The notes beneath the pieces were generated by a model. That model saw only the letters and a list, made by a program, of their open reading frames with translations. It did no database searches and was not told the origin of the DNA. From the IMG/VR virus record IMGVR_UViG_3300031418_000003: a stretch of 64,000 bases of DNA; one strand, given 5' to 3'. Of this stretch, positions 40,197-50,027 are shown in pieces; the stretch's first letter is position 1; every line of letters starts with the position of its first letter. This DNA comes from a virus (taxonomy: Duplodnaviria > Caudoviricetes). Made by a program: the position numbers and the translations under genes.

Positions 40197-42419
40197 ATGA
40201 GCGTTACCATTGATTATAAAGACAGGAATATTGTTTCTCGCTCATTTCGTTTAATGAGTGAAGGGATTCGTGATCCAGAGAAAGTGTTAGTCCGTTCTGA
40301 CTATGACTTATATACCAGTTTCTTCTCCACTGCCATAGGGGATAGTAAATATATTAACCCCTTACCGGGTTTCAGTCGTAACACCGACCCCTATCCAAAG
40401 CCCGCAATGGAAAACCAATTGGGGAACGTGGGGCGTTACTATAAACGTATTCACCAGGACAATGCCATAGGGGTTACTCTGACCGCAGGTGTTCCTGAGT
40501 TTACTGGGATGATTACCTTTATCCTGAATATGTTTGATTATTCTGCTTCCGTTATGGCCAACAAAGGTCGTGCGCCTTCTTGGGCATTCTACATTGGACA
40601 GGCGGCGGGTGCGATTGCATTCTGGCCTGCTCAGATTGTGGCAACCTCGTTTAACTTCTTTGAGTATCTTACCAATACGCCGAAGAACAAATGGTATTAT
40701 TGTAAGCCGACCATGGGAATGTATTTCACTGCAGCCCAAGGTATCTTTAACGACCTGATGATCTCAGCAGGTTATGCGTTATCTGTTCTACCTTCTGATC
40801 GTCAGGAGCAGGGCAACCAGAAAGCCGGTGACCGTGACTTTGGTACCGGTGGGTCTAAGGGATACACCAAAGACACCGCGATGGCCAAGAGTAACATCTC
40901 TTATATGCACTCCATGTTCCCGGATGCGATTAACCCAGATGGTACAATTGATATCCTGAAAGTCTCTACCCGTGGTGTGCGTAAATTCCGTCACTTCATG
41001 AAGAAAATTCAAACGCTGGATGATCGTATTGGAATAAAAACTGTTGAGCAAAAAGACCGGGCTATCGAAGATATCTTGGATAACCTGATCAAAGACAGTG
41101 GATTCATGAATGCCAACGGAGGCAGTACTGCCGGAATCAGTACCCGTGATTACCTCATGCAGGAACTGAAGACGGTGGGTAAATCCCGTGGTATGGATGA
41201 GATCAACTATCCCGAGGTTGCTTCTTCTTATTCCAGTGCTGATGTGGGTAATAACATCAAGCCGACGAATGCTGCAGACCAATCAACCTCTGCGGTGGAT
41301 GGAAGTAAGTACGGGCAAGACCTTCAAGATAAAATGAAGGGAACCAATACCGAGAGTTTTGGTGTGGATAACTCCAGTGGTTCAGGTACGTCCTCATCAG
41401 CAACTCAGAGTACTGCGCAGTTAAGCGGTGATAACCCAACGACAATTGAGGGAGCCAGTGACGTTGACCAGAGTTCCTGGATGGGTCAGATTGGCCAGTT
41501 GTTAATGGATGGGTTCTACGGTGGCCTAGACGGCGTGACGTTCCGTACAGAGGGAACCGGGTCGGTATCTGACTCCTTCAGTAACAGCACGACACAATCT
41601 GCCATCGCCAGTACCTTTAACAGTACTGTCACCGCTGTGCAGGATTTTAAGTTTAACGTCTCTGGCGGACAAACTGGTATTGGGATCATTGATGAGTTTG
41701 TTGGAACTATTAAAGATGCAGTAACGGGTATTGCAGCAGGTTCGGTCATCGGTAACGTACCGTTGGCTTTACTGGGTAACTCCAAAGTAGATATCCCAGA
41801 ACACTGGGAAGATTCTTCCACTAACTTGCACAGTGAAAGTTTCAGTTTCTATTTTGAAGCACCTTATGCTCATCCGTATTCCATTGCCACCAATATCTTT
41901 TTACCACTCTCATTACTGATGCCGTTCATCGTACCGTTTTCAACCGGTGGGTCTACCTACACGTCCCCTTTCTTAGTTAAAGCGTTCAGTCGAGGCAAGA
42001 CCATTATTCGTACTGGTATTGTACAGAGTGCGTCGTTTGAGTTTGGTAGTGGTCCATTGGGTTGGACAACTGACATGAAGCCACGTAATCTGCGTGTTAA
42101 CTTGCAGATTGCAGATCTGGACAAAGTTATGTCGGTACCGATTACTCGTGTAACCAACCCACTTGATCTGTTGAACATTGCCAAACAGTCTTCACGTTAC
42201 TTGGGTGACACCGGTAAGTACAATGATTGGGTGAACCGTACAGCAGGTATCGACTACTTGGATACCGTGTTACGTTATAACGACCTTAACCGTCGTATGT
42301 CGCGTTTCACGGCTGATGCGAAGAACATGTTTAAACCTGCAACCATTGCCGGTGTAGTCAATGACTCCATCGTAGGTGATGTGGCACGTATCTTTACTGG
42401 TCGTCCATTGAATCGATAA
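40197..42419 (+). CDS. Tail/baseplate structural protein (phiKZ gp182-like)
   Basis: Start refined to ATG 40197 (AAAGGT SD); follows the gp181-like gene; GDSKYINP and GVPEF motifs. Confidence 0.75.
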   Translation: MSVTIDYKDRNIVSRSFRLMSEGIRDPEKVLVRSDYDLYTSFFSTAIGDSKYINPLPGFSRNTDPYPKPAMENQLGNVGRYYKRIHQDNAIGVTLTAGVPEFTGMITFILNMFDYSASVMANKGRAPSWAFYIGQAAGAIAFWPAQIVATSFNFFEYLTNTPKNKWYYCKPTMGMYFTAAQGIFNDLMISAGYALSVLPSDRQEQGNQKAGDRDFGTGGSKGYTKDTAMAKSNISYMHSMFPDAINPDGTIDILKVSTRGVRKFRHFMKKIQTLDDRIGIKTVEQKDRAIEDILDNLIKDSGFMNANGGSTAGISTRDYLMQELKTVGKSRGMDEINYPEVASSYSSADVGNNIKPTNAADQSTSAVDGSKYGQDLQDKMKGTNTESFGVDNSSGSGTSSSATQSTAQLSGDNPTTIEGASDVDQSSWMGQIGQLLMDGFYGGLDGVTFRTEGTGSVSDSFSNSTTQSAIASTFNSTVTAVQDFKFNVSGGQTGIGIIDEFVGTIKDAVTGIAAGSVIGNVPLALLGNSKVDIPEHWEDSSTNLHSESFSFYFEAPYAHPYSIATNIFLPLSLLMPFIVPFSTGGSTYTSPFLVKAFSRGKTIIRTGIVQSASFEFGSGPLGWTTDMKPRNLRVNLQIADLDKVMSVPITRVTNPLDLLNIAKQSSRYLGDTGKYNDWVNRTAGIDYLDTVLRYNDLNRRMSRFTADAKNMFKPATIAGVVNDSIVGDVARIFTGRPLNR

Positions 42420-42439
42420 AAAAAAAAATAAGCCATAGC

Positions 42440-42469
42440 TCCTACTCTACCCTGATGGGTAGAGTAGGA
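42440..42469. terminator. Terminator hairpin between convergent genes
   Basis: 13-bp stem TCCTACTCTACCC/GGGTAGAGTAGGA; A11 at 42418-42428. Confidence 0.85.
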
Positions 42470-42478
42470 ATATGTTTG

Positions 42479-43606
42479 TTAAGCGAGTTTTACTGCGTTA
42501 GGAAAGTCAGACAGAAAAAGATCAGTAGCCGATTGATCAACAAAAATACCGGATGAGCACAGCAACGGGATCAGATCTTCAGTCTCTTCCAATAACACCT
42601 TGGCGTCAGCGGAGATTGAGTTAACCAACCCTACGTTTGTTACCATGCCGAATTGAGTCGGATACTTATACCAATCTACTCCGCCCAGACTGGTGCAGAC
42701 CTTCAGCAAGTCAGTTGTCAGTTTAGGATAATCAGACGGATCAGTATCCAGAGTAAAAGCGTAGTTGGTCAACGTCTGCTCAATGGTGTTCGGATACATT
42801 GCTGCTACTTTAGCCGCACCTTCTTCACCAACGATATCAATAATGGTAACCAGGGAATCTAAGTCACCCCGCTGTGCTGAGACATTGGAATTGTTAATCA
42901 AGGCATCATGGTAGTCACTCTGGTACACATACATGCTACCGAAGTTCTGATAACCTTGTGTTAAGCTATTCTGAACTGCCTGATTCAACATCGTGTTTAA
43001 CACAGAGTTGATTGCCGCAACGTTAACCACCGATCCAAAGCCAGACGAATCATCTTTGGCCAAGAAATCAATCAGCTGGGACCCCGCGGTATATTTCCAG
43101 TCATCCGCAATGTGTAACTTAACAAAGTTACCGTCCGTATCGGCGATCACCAGACCACGCGCGATACCACCCGTCATGGCGTTCAGTTCATTGATAAACC
43201 CATCACCAATCTGGTTCTTTAGATCGCGCATAGAGTTGATGTTGAACCCCAATCCTCGCCCTGCTAAACTCAGCAGTTGATCTGTGTCCAGCTTGAAACC
43301 ATCTTTGTAAGTGACCAGACTGCTCACATCAGCCAGGTTATATTTACCGCCAGTGATGTTCTTTAATGCGTTGTTGATCCCATCAATAGCTGAAGACTTA
43401 TAGTTACTCAGGTTTTGAACAATAGCAGCCTGTGTTTCATTGACGGTTACCACGCCTGCTTGAACACTTGAAGCTATGGCTTTAAACGGATTGACTGCTT
43501 GGTTGGTTAAATTAGAAACAGTTTCGCCCATTGACTGGCTGGCTTTCTGTAAACTGTTATTAATATTAACGCCTTCAAAGATACTGGTATTACCTAAAAG
43601 AGTCAT
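42479..43606 (-). CDS. Probable virion structural protein
   Basis: 375 aa, N/S/T/G-rich, adjacent to the tail genes. Function inferred from context only. Confidence 0.5.
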   Translation of the reverse strand: MTLLGNTSIFEGVNINNSLQKASQSMGETVSNLTNQAVNPFKAIASSVQAGVVTVNETQAAIVQNLSNYKSSAIDGINNALKNITGGKYNLADVSSLVTYKDGFKLDTDQLLSLAGRGLGFNINSMRDLKNQIGDGFINELNAMTGGIARGLVIADTDGNFVKLHIADDWKYTAGSQLIDFLAKDDSSGFGSVVNVAAINSVLNTMLNQAVQNSLTQGYQNFGSMYVYQSDYHDALINNSNVSAQRGDLDSLVTIIDIVGEEGAAKVAAMYPNTIEQTLTNYAFTLDTDPSDYPKLTTDLLKVCTSLGGVDWYKYPTQFGMVTNVGLVNSISADAKVLLEETEDLIPLLCSSGIFVDQSATDLFLSDFPNAVKLA

Positions 43607-43638
43607 AATGATACCAAAAAAATAAGAGGGTGAAGACA

Positions 43639-43664
43639 GTTACTCTACCAAGTGGTAGAGTAAC
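43639..43664 (-). terminator. Terminator hairpin
   Basis: GTTACTCTACCA/TGGTAGAGTAAC; A7 at 43616-43622. Confidence 0.8.
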
Positions 43665-43672
43665 ATATCTGA

Positions 43673-44083
43673 TTAATCCTGCGAAACTTCTCTTGGATGT
43701 TTAAGCAGAATGGTCTTCTCTGATACAGTTTGCGTCTCACCAGATTCTTTCGTGACCGTCACAACCATATCCACTTCTTTTACCTTGAGTATCTTCAGTC
43801 CCATTAGAAACTTATTATGACTCAGTGTACGCGAACAAAACAATGTACTCTGAATATTCCCTAACGCTGTGGATCGTGCTCTTTTAACTTCCATGGCAGG
43901 ACCGGAGTCGTCGGGATGCATAAGACGAAGATATTCATCAAGATAGGTTTTCCACTTCGCCTGATTAATATCAAGCTTTTCAAGAATCTTCCTGAACTGT
44001 CGGCTGGGTGCGTCAGTCAACTGTTCATAGGGCACGAAGTTCTTGTTTTTGATGTAATGCGTGGGTTTCTTTTTATCATTCAT
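43673..44083 (-). CDS. Hypothetical protein, probably conserved in phiKZ-related phages
   Basis: 136 aa, basic; FRKIL...GNI...F.MGLKIL pattern. Confidence 0.65.
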   Translation of the reverse strand: MNDKKKPTHYIKNKNFVPYEQLTDAPSRQFRKILEKLDINQAKWKTYLDEYLRLMHPDDSGPAMEVKRARSTALGNIQSTLFCSRTLSHNKFLMGLKILKVKEVDMVVTVTKESGETQTVSEKTILLKHPREVSQD

Positions 44084-44630
44084 GCTGTATCTCTAAGTAA
44101 AATGAAATGATATTTACCAGATCTTCGAGAAGAAGTCTATATAATAGTGTTTCGTACATTTCTGTATCGATATCACCGTATTCAGACAGATCAACTTCTT
44201 CCAGGAGTTCAATCTCTGGATTCTCATTCAACCATACATGTGCGGCGATATATGGCTTTAGTCCTTCAATGAACTTGTTCACTGATTCTTCATTGGAGTA
44301 CCATTCGTTAAAGTAGCCGCGATGTTGGGTCATGGTCAACAAGCCGCTTCTTTCTAAATCTGCTTTGGCGTACACCTTCTTCTCAAACAGCTTTAAAGCC
44401 ATCATAGAAGACTTTGTTCTTAACTCTATCTCTTTCAATGTCCCGTAAATAATATCCTCTGAGAAAGCGATTAAGGGGCTATTTACGATATTGTGAAGGC
44501 GGGTGATGAATTCTGCATGAAAGAATCCCTCCGAAAAATTCTTCTTGATTCCAACAAGGTCCTTCTTCATCTTGGCGACGCGCCGATTGCGAAAGTACGG
44601 GATCTTGTTTAACAGCTTATCTAAAAACAT
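44076..44630 (-). CDS. Hypothetical protein
   Basis: 184 aa directly behind an early promoter. Confidence 0.65.
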   Translation of the reverse strand: MFLDKLLNKIPYFRNRRVAKMKKDLVGIKKNFSEGFFHAEFITRLHNIVNSPLIAFSEDIIYGTLKEIELRTKSSMMALKLFEKKVYAKADLERSGLLTMTQHRGYFNEWYSNEESVNKFIEGLKPYIAAHVWLNENPEIELLEEVDLSEYGDIDTEMYETLLYRLLLEDLVNIISFYLEIQHE

Positions 44631-44691
44631 TTATAACTCCGTGTCTATCAATTAATATTATCGAAATAGATTTCCACTGTTATCTACTTTG

Positions 44692-44708
44692 ATAATATCA
44701 GTCTGAAA
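44692..44708 (-). promoter_or_regulatory. Early promoter motif copy (TTTCAGACTGATATTAT)
   Basis: Matches the repeated motif; intergenic. Confidence 0.75.
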
Positions 44709-44743
44709 CCATATAGGCCGGCTAAAAAGAATTGGAGTAAATC

Positions 44744-45352
44744 ATGTACGATGACGACGATGGATCAGACAACTACGCTAACAACCATGCGGAAGAAAAC
44801 AAACTTCCACAGGAAGCTGAAAAAGAGAAACTGATTGCGGACATTCAGACTATTCTGAACGGTGAGCATTCGGTGGACAGTGAGAAGAGTTTGCTTAATA
44901 TTGTCCAGAAACAACGTAAGTTAATTCTGGATATTGCGACCTCTACTTTTATCAAGAAACCAAATAATCCTAAGTTAATGGATTCCATTAACACCCTGTT
45001 AGGTCAGATGGAAAAGTCTGTGCGTGATGACCGTAAAGAGCGCCTCAAAGACCGTGAGTTGGAAGATAACAAAGCCAACTTCGCCACCTTTGTCAGTGCC
45101 CTTAACGAAGTGACCGCTGGTCGTTTGGTTATGCCTACCTTTGCTGACTTCCAGTTACCGCTGGATCCGTTCGGTGACAACAAACTGTTTGTTACTGATA
45201 ACCCAGATGAAGAAATCACCGAGGAAGAGAAATTCCAAGGTCGTCAGATTCTGGACAGTAAGAAAATCGAAGAAGCATTTGAAATTGATCCTGAACAACA
45301 GATCAACACAAGTGATGTCATGGAAGAAGAGTTCGACGCTGAAAATAGCTAA
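44744..45352 (+). CDS. Acidic helical protein; candidate terminase small subunit
   Basis: 202 aa, GGAG SD; central helices resemble the T4 gp16 core from memory (see findings). ORF is solid, function is speculative. Confidence 0.5.
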   Translation: MYDDDDGSDNYANNHAEENKLPQEAEKEKLIADIQTILNGEHSVDSEKSLLNIVQKQRKLILDIATSTFIKKPNNPKLMDSINTLLGQMEKSVRDDRKERLKDRELEDNKANFATFVSALNEVTAGRLVMPTFADFQLPLDPFGDNKLFVTDNPDEEITEEEKFQGRQILDSKKIEEAFEIDPEQQINTSDVMEEEFDAENS

Positions 45353-45365
45353 CGACAAACAACAT

Positions 45366-45393
45366 CTCCAGAGAGCCGTGAGGCTCTCTGGAG
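45366..45393. terminator. Terminator hairpin between convergent genes
   Basis: CTCCAGAGAGCC-GTGA-GGCTCTCTGGAG. Confidence 0.8.
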
Positions 45394-45400
45394 GATGACC

Positions 45401-46132
45401 TTATGACGAGTAATCGTATATGGTTTTTGGACATGGTACCCAGGTGATTTTACCGCCTTGAGTTACATTCATCTTGCTGATAGTCTCGATCGGCTCTTCG
45501 CGTCTCATTTCTTCAGGAAGTTCTTTATACACCAGGATATCGGGAACAAAGAAGCGAGTGTTTGAGTTCTTCGCCTTTGCATAGTTTTCCCAATATACCT
45601 TGTAGTCCTTACCGACTAAGAAGTCATAGATAAAGACATATTGATAATTGCTCAGCACCGTAGGCGTGATTAAATCGTACGGTGTGTTTACAAAAGATAG
45701 AGAAATGTTAAATGCAAGCGCTCCACGAATAGTCGAAGCCAACTCATCTAATAAACTCTGTGACAAAGTATAGGGATACAAGTTAACTGTTAATGAAAAT
45801 GTGGAGACCGACAGAATCTGTCCTACCCCAAACTCGACCTCACGCACCAGTTTAAACATGTTGCGAATAAGGTTGCTTGGGAAGAAGTAACACTGCGTCT
45901 CATCAGCAAAATCATCAATCGTTCTTGCCGCATACCGTGCTTCGTACCTCTCTTGTGTAATCCCCAGCTCAGGTTGATTGAAATAGTCGTAACGACGCCG
46001 TTCATAAATCGGCTTCATATTGACATCCCAATTAAACTTGGTATTTCCACTTTCTAATGCAACTTTGGTGAGAATACCACGCCGAGAATCAAACAGAGAG
46101 TCAAGGTTAGTAAAACAAGTGACTTCAGCCAT
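45401..46132 (-). CDS. Hypothetical protein, HAD-like N-terminus
   Basis: CFTNLDSLFD resembles HAD motif I; start refined to ATG 46132. Confidence 0.55.
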   Translation of the reverse strand: MAEVTCFTNLDSLFDSRRGILTKVALESGNTKFNWDVNMKPIYERRRYDYFNQPELGITQERYEARYAARTIDDFADETQCYFFPSNLIRNMFKLVREVEFGVGQILSVSTFSLTVNLYPYTLSQSLLDELASTIRGALAFNISLSFVNTPYDLITPTVLSNYQYVFIYDFLVGKDYKVYWENYAKAKNSNTRFFVPDILVYKELPEEMRREEPIETISKMNVTQGGKITWVPCPKTIYDYSS

Positions 46133-46607
46133 TCTGATTCCCACCCCTTACTCGTTTAACCTGGGATGACGCCTTCTCAGCTTCTATTTTCTTCGCCATT
46201 GCTACCATGATTTCGCTACGGTGTACGGCCAGGAAAAGAATCAGCTGTTCGACCTTTGAAAAGCCAACGGCGCTGAACTGGAAACTCTGCTTGAAAATAC
46301 TGTCTTTAGCAACAGCATCAAATCCCTCAGCAAACGAGTCTAAGGCAGGTTCGGTGAAAGGTTGAGAGAACATACGGAAACACAGTGCACTAAAGTAGTT
46401 ATACATCTCGCGACTTTCATTCATTCCTTCAATGAGGGCTCTAAGTCCTTCACGGAAAGAGGCCAACGAGTTTTCGAATACATAATTTTGTGCTTTTGTC
46501 CAGAACGTACTGCTGTCCCGGTTATAGACAACCTCTGTATACAACTCTTTGGTGTAGAACTCAATAAGCCGTTCAATCGGAGTGAGTACAATGACTTCTT
46601 GTTCCAT
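46125..46607 (-). CDS. Hypothetical protein
   Basis: 160 aa in the operon with the vRNAP fragment. Confidence 0.65.
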   Translation of the reverse strand: MEQEVIVLTPIERLIEFYTKELYTEVVYNRDSSTFWTKAQNYVFENSLASFREGLRALIEGMNESREMYNYFSALCFRMFSQPFTEPALDSFAEGFDAVAKDSIFKQSFQFSAVGFSKVEQLILFLAVHRSEIMVAMAKKIEAEKASSQVKRVRGGNQNG

Positions 46608-46610
46608 GGT

Positions 46611-47285
46611 TTATCGTTCCAACAGGTTGTTGTCGATATGCTGACCGAGTAACAGGAAGTGAGCGGTTTGTAAAGACTTCACCCCTGTACCACGCTGCAG
46701 CGCAGATTCAGTTGTGGTCACACCGGTTGTCAGGATATCATTCTTGTACGCACGGTACGCACCTACGTCACCACCACGGGCATCAGCCAATTCCTTAGCC
46801 AAAGTCGGCAGACCCAATGACAACAGAACCTGGATCTCTGGGTTAGAGATACCGCCGGCACGAGAATCGCCTGTAGGCTGTCCTGTGAGGTCTTCGACAT
46901 TATAGTCGTGCTTGGATGCACCAAATTTCTTGGCTTGTAGCTGGCGCTGTTTACGCACCTCAGCAATACCAACCAAAGCTGTTTCTGGCGTGGTGTGTTC
47001 TAACCCAGTATCGGGGTCAGTGAAGATAACCTGTTGCTCAAGCGGAATATCCAGCGACTTAGCGAGTTTAACAGAATGATCGTAATCGATCGTTTCCCGC
47101 ATATCGAAGTTATCCACAAACATTGGGATGAATCCCATGTCGCAGATGTTATTCCAGAATTGAGCGAATTGCTCGTCCTTAAGACGAGCAAACAGTTCGG
47201 TATACACCTTGTGGTTTCCACCACCTTTCGTGAAGTCTTTAGCAAGGGCTAAGATATCACGTTCGATCTCTTTACGATTCTTCAT
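46611..47285 (-). CDS. Virion RNA polymerase beta C-terminal fragment (phiKZ gp149-like)
   Basis: VRKQRQLQAKK...DLTGQPTGDSRAGGISNPEIQVL corresponds to the beta C-terminal H-x-K / TGQP / GQRFGEME region. Confidence 0.8.
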   Translation of the reverse strand: MKNRKEIERDILALAKDFTKGGGNHKVYTELFARLKDEQFAQFWNNICDMGFIPMFVDNFDMRETIDYDHSVKLAKSLDIPLEQQVIFTDPDTGLEHTTPETALVGIAEVRKQRQLQAKKFGASKHDYNVEDLTGQPTGDSRAGGISNPEIQVLLSLGLPTLAKELADARGGDVGAYRAYKNDILTTGVTTTESALQRGTGVKSLQTAHFLLLGQHIDNNLLER

Positions 47286-47649
47286 GTCTCTGGATCTCGT
47301 ATCCGTAGATCGTTACGGCTTTCGAGAGTTCGTTCAGTCGATTGGTTAACGCATCGATGAACATTTCTTTCTCGAAGTTCGCAAGGATCACAATTTCATT
47401 GAATTGGTTCAAATGATCATCAAGAGACCGGAGGAAAGAGGTTTTGTTACGATCATCGACATCAATGACATTGTCGAAGTTCAGACCGTAACGACCGGTA
47501 ACACTTACAACGCGCAGGTTGCTATCGCCAGAACGCTTGATTAAAAAGTTGTTCAGCTTGGCGAAGTAAGTCTCTTGGTCATTGGCGGTATGAACGAAGT
47601 CTGGCTCTGCAATAACTAAAACGGAATAATCGTAACTGTACTCTGACAT
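47272..47649 (-). CDS. Hypothetical protein
   Basis: 125 aa, coupled to both neighbours. Confidence 0.65.
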   Translation of the reverse strand: MSEYSYDYSVLVIAEPDFVHTANDQETYFAKLNNFLIKRSGDSNLRVVSVTGRYGLNFDNVIDVDDRNKTSFLRSLDDHLNQFNEIVILANFEKEMFIDALTNRLNELSKAVTIYGYEIQRHEES

Positions 47650-49125
47650 TTATTTCTTGTCCTTTAACCAATATGGCTTTTTACCATTCACGACGATCTC
47701 CATCAATTCGTAAACAGTCAATGTATGTTGTTTAATGTGCTCTGGGTTGTCGTGCCAGAAGTACACCGTGTTTTCCAGGACGTCATCCCAATCCAAACCT
47801 TGCTCTTTACCTTTGGCATAAAGTTCAGTCGGGGTGATGCGCCACTCTTCTGGGAAGTTTTCCCAGAACGTCTGCATGAACCAAAGCTGCCAGACAATCT
47901 CAATAGCACGCTTCAATTTAGGATCGGCATCCGGACCTTCCAGCAGATCGCGCACAGTGGTACGCATAATAGAAACATCTGGCATTAGGGCGCAGGTGTG
48001 ACGAATCGCCGAACCTTCTAAACCAAAGTACTTGTTGTCTTTCAACGAGTCGTACATTGAAAGCGATTCCAGGATACCTTCTGCTTGCCCGGCAACGAAT
48101 GCCAGATCGCCACCTGATGACCCAGACTTGTTACGGAAGACCGTAGTAAAGTACTGAACCAGTTCCGGGTTAGAGCGAGCATTTGAAGAGATCAGAGATT
48201 CTTTACCACGTGGATACATGATAGAGTGATCAGGCTGCTTCATTGGCGTGCCTTTGATGATCTCAATACCGATGTGTGGTAACTTCAACATCGCCTTCGG
48301 TGCCGCCAGCTTTTTGTTGTGACGCAGGAAGGTAGAGTCTTTCTCTTTTGGTTTTCCGTCCATGTTGATGACGTCAGCAGACTGAGCTACCCAATAAGAA
48401 CGCAGACCCACACGCGGTCCCAGGATACAGGTATCTGTCATCAGAATACGACGCAGGTTACCGATTTCCATGTCACGGGTACGTTTCTTACCGCCTTCAT
48501 CCATTTCACCTTCATCGAACTGTTTGAACATCAGGTTATCAAACAGAACTTCTGAGATAGAATCACAGATAAACAGAATAGGCTGCATGACCTGGATGAA
48601 CTTCTGGTTCTTCTCTGACCAGAACGGAGTATCCATGAACAGTTGACGATACGCTTCCTGATCAGCTTTGTCTTTGCTTTCACTCAGTGCGTGGATCGTT
48701 TTATAGATCTCGATGACTTTGTTGTGTAGTTCAGTGCCGTCAATGCCGGCGGAGTTCGGCATGTAGTGGAAACGTTTGTCTTCGATGTGTTCGGCGAAGT
48801 AACCTTCCTCATCATACAGGCGATCAACTTCTTCAGCCAGACGAGAAATATCCAGTGTGGACTCGGTGTCACCATAAAGGATAACAGAGTGCTGGAAACG
48901 GTGTAACATCTTAGCCACATCTTTAACTGTCTTACCGGTCTTTTGGGTGTTGTTACCGCCGGCTAAACCGTTGATCGGCATCAAGCCACCGTTCTGATAC
49001 CAGACGCCGTTTTTACCTTTGATCATGCTGGTCGTCAACATGTCAAAAATAGGAGAAGTATTAAAACCAATTTGTAAGTTGGACTCAGCACCGTAGTCTT
49101 TTAAGAAATTCAATGCACTCAGCAT
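47650..49125 (-). CDS. RecA/UvsX-like recombinase (phiKZ gp152-like)
   Basis: P-loop-like GLAGGNNTQKTG, YGDTE and Walker B ICDSIS; start refined to ATG 49125 (AAGGG SD). Confidence 0.8.
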   Translation of the reverse strand: MLSALNFLKDYGAESNLQIGFNTSPIFDMLTTSMIKGKNGVWYQNGGLMPINGLAGGNNTQKTGKTVKDVAKMLHRFQHSVILYGDTESTLDISRLAEEVDRLYDEEGYFAEHIEDKRFHYMPNSAGIDGTELHNKVIEIYKTIHALSESKDKADQEAYRQLFMDTPFWSEKNQKFIQVMQPILFICDSISEVLFDNLMFKQFDEGEMDEGGKKRTRDMEIGNLRRILMTDTCILGPRVGLRSYWVAQSADVINMDGKPKEKDSTFLRHNKKLAAPKAMLKLPHIGIEIIKGTPMKQPDHSIMYPRGKESLISSNARSNPELVQYFTTVFRNKSGSSGGDLAFVAGQAEGILESLSMYDSLKDNKYFGLEGSAIRHTCALMPDVSIMRTTVRDLLEGPDADPKLKRAIEIVWQLWFMQTFWENFPEEWRITPTELYAKGKEQGLDWDDVLENTVYFWHDNPEHIKQHTLTVYELMEIVVNGKKPYWLKDKK

Positions 49126-49144
49126 CTGTAAAACCCTTTGGTTA

Positions 49145-49153
49145 AATGTTATG
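49145..49153 (+). promoter_or_regulatory. Candidate late promoter (AATGTTATG)
   Basis: Identical to the 9-mer upstream of the sheath gene. Confidence 0.35.
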
Positions 49154-49194
49154 AAACGTTTCGTATTACGCACACTAGTGGAGTTTGCCATAGC

Positions 49195-49977
49195 ATGACT
49201 ACAGAGATTATAACTCCTGAAACAGTTGAGGGGAATGAAGCCCTAACTGTCGGAGAGAAATTAGGTTCTTTCTTTAAAGAAATCAGCGTCGGCATCGATG
49301 CCTTTAATGCACGCAATTTCAACAAATCAATTCACAAGGTTGAAGGGATTGAAGTTTGGAAAAAGTTGGGGGCGGCGAATATTTATTTCGATGTCTCTAC
49401 CAAACATATCCCTGCTCCAGTAATGTTTAACCCGACCAAGATATCGTTCAGAAACTACGTTGAATATATCTTGAAAGCAGTGCCCGTTTTAAAACTGGTT
49501 GATACTCAATGTGACCAGGTTTATCGTGGATTGAAGACTATTGCTGCAACGGGTAAAGTTCCTTTTACCTTGGCCAGTAATGATACCAGCATCATGGTAA
49601 ATGAAACTCGCGCCCAGTTTGCCAATGTCCTGGAAGATTCCCGTGTCTATACCCGTGCCATTAATGACCTGTACCCGAACTTCTCTGGTGCCTATGAGCT
49701 GATGGATGAGTTCAACAAAGTGGTGGACTCTCTGAAATCACGCGATGTGGAACTCGCTGCACGCCGTGGTGAACAGGTGATCAATATCCTTAATATTCTT
49801 AAGCCGAAAATTGACGCCAGTTCTGTGATTCTTAATCCCAATCAGGTAGCACTGGTTAACAACACCGTCAGTAATCTGGTCGATAACATTACCTTTGCCG
49901 GTGTGATGTTGGCTCAGCTGAGTGACATGACTCGTGTGATGCAACTGCAAGTGCAGGAAGCAGCAAAACTGCAATAA
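49195..49977 (+). CDS. Virion (head) protein (phiKZ gp153-like)
   Basis: Start refined to ATG 49195 (GGAG SD); EGNE-A resembles a gp175-type S/A/G-X-E cleavage site; divergent from recA. Confidence 0.6.
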   Translation: MTTEIITPETVEGNEALTVGEKLGSFFKEISVGIDAFNARNFNKSIHKVEGIEVWKKLGAANIYFDVSTKHIPAPVMFNPTKISFRNYVEYILKAVPVLKLVDTQCDQVYRGLKTIAATGKVPFTLASNDTSIMVNETRAQFANVLEDSRVYTRAINDLYPNFSGAYELMDEFNKVVDSLKSRDVELAARRGEQVINILNILKPKIDASSVILNPNQVALVNNTVSNLVDNITFAGVMLAQLSDMTRVMQLQVQEAAKLQ

Positions 49978-49988
49978 ACAAACATAGA

Positions 49989-50015
49989 GCTTACTGGGTC
50001 AAAAACCCAGTAAGC
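49989..50015. terminator. Terminator hairpin between convergent genes
   Basis: GCTTACTGGGT/ACCCAGTAAGC followed by CTTTT. Confidence 0.8.
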
Positions 50016-50027
50016 CTTTATGCTGTT

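Noticed and set aside
49126-49194. Apparent head-to-head overlap of recA and the gp153-like gene
   Set aside because: Artefact of longest-ORF starts; SD-supported starts (49125 and 49195) leave a normal intergenic gap.
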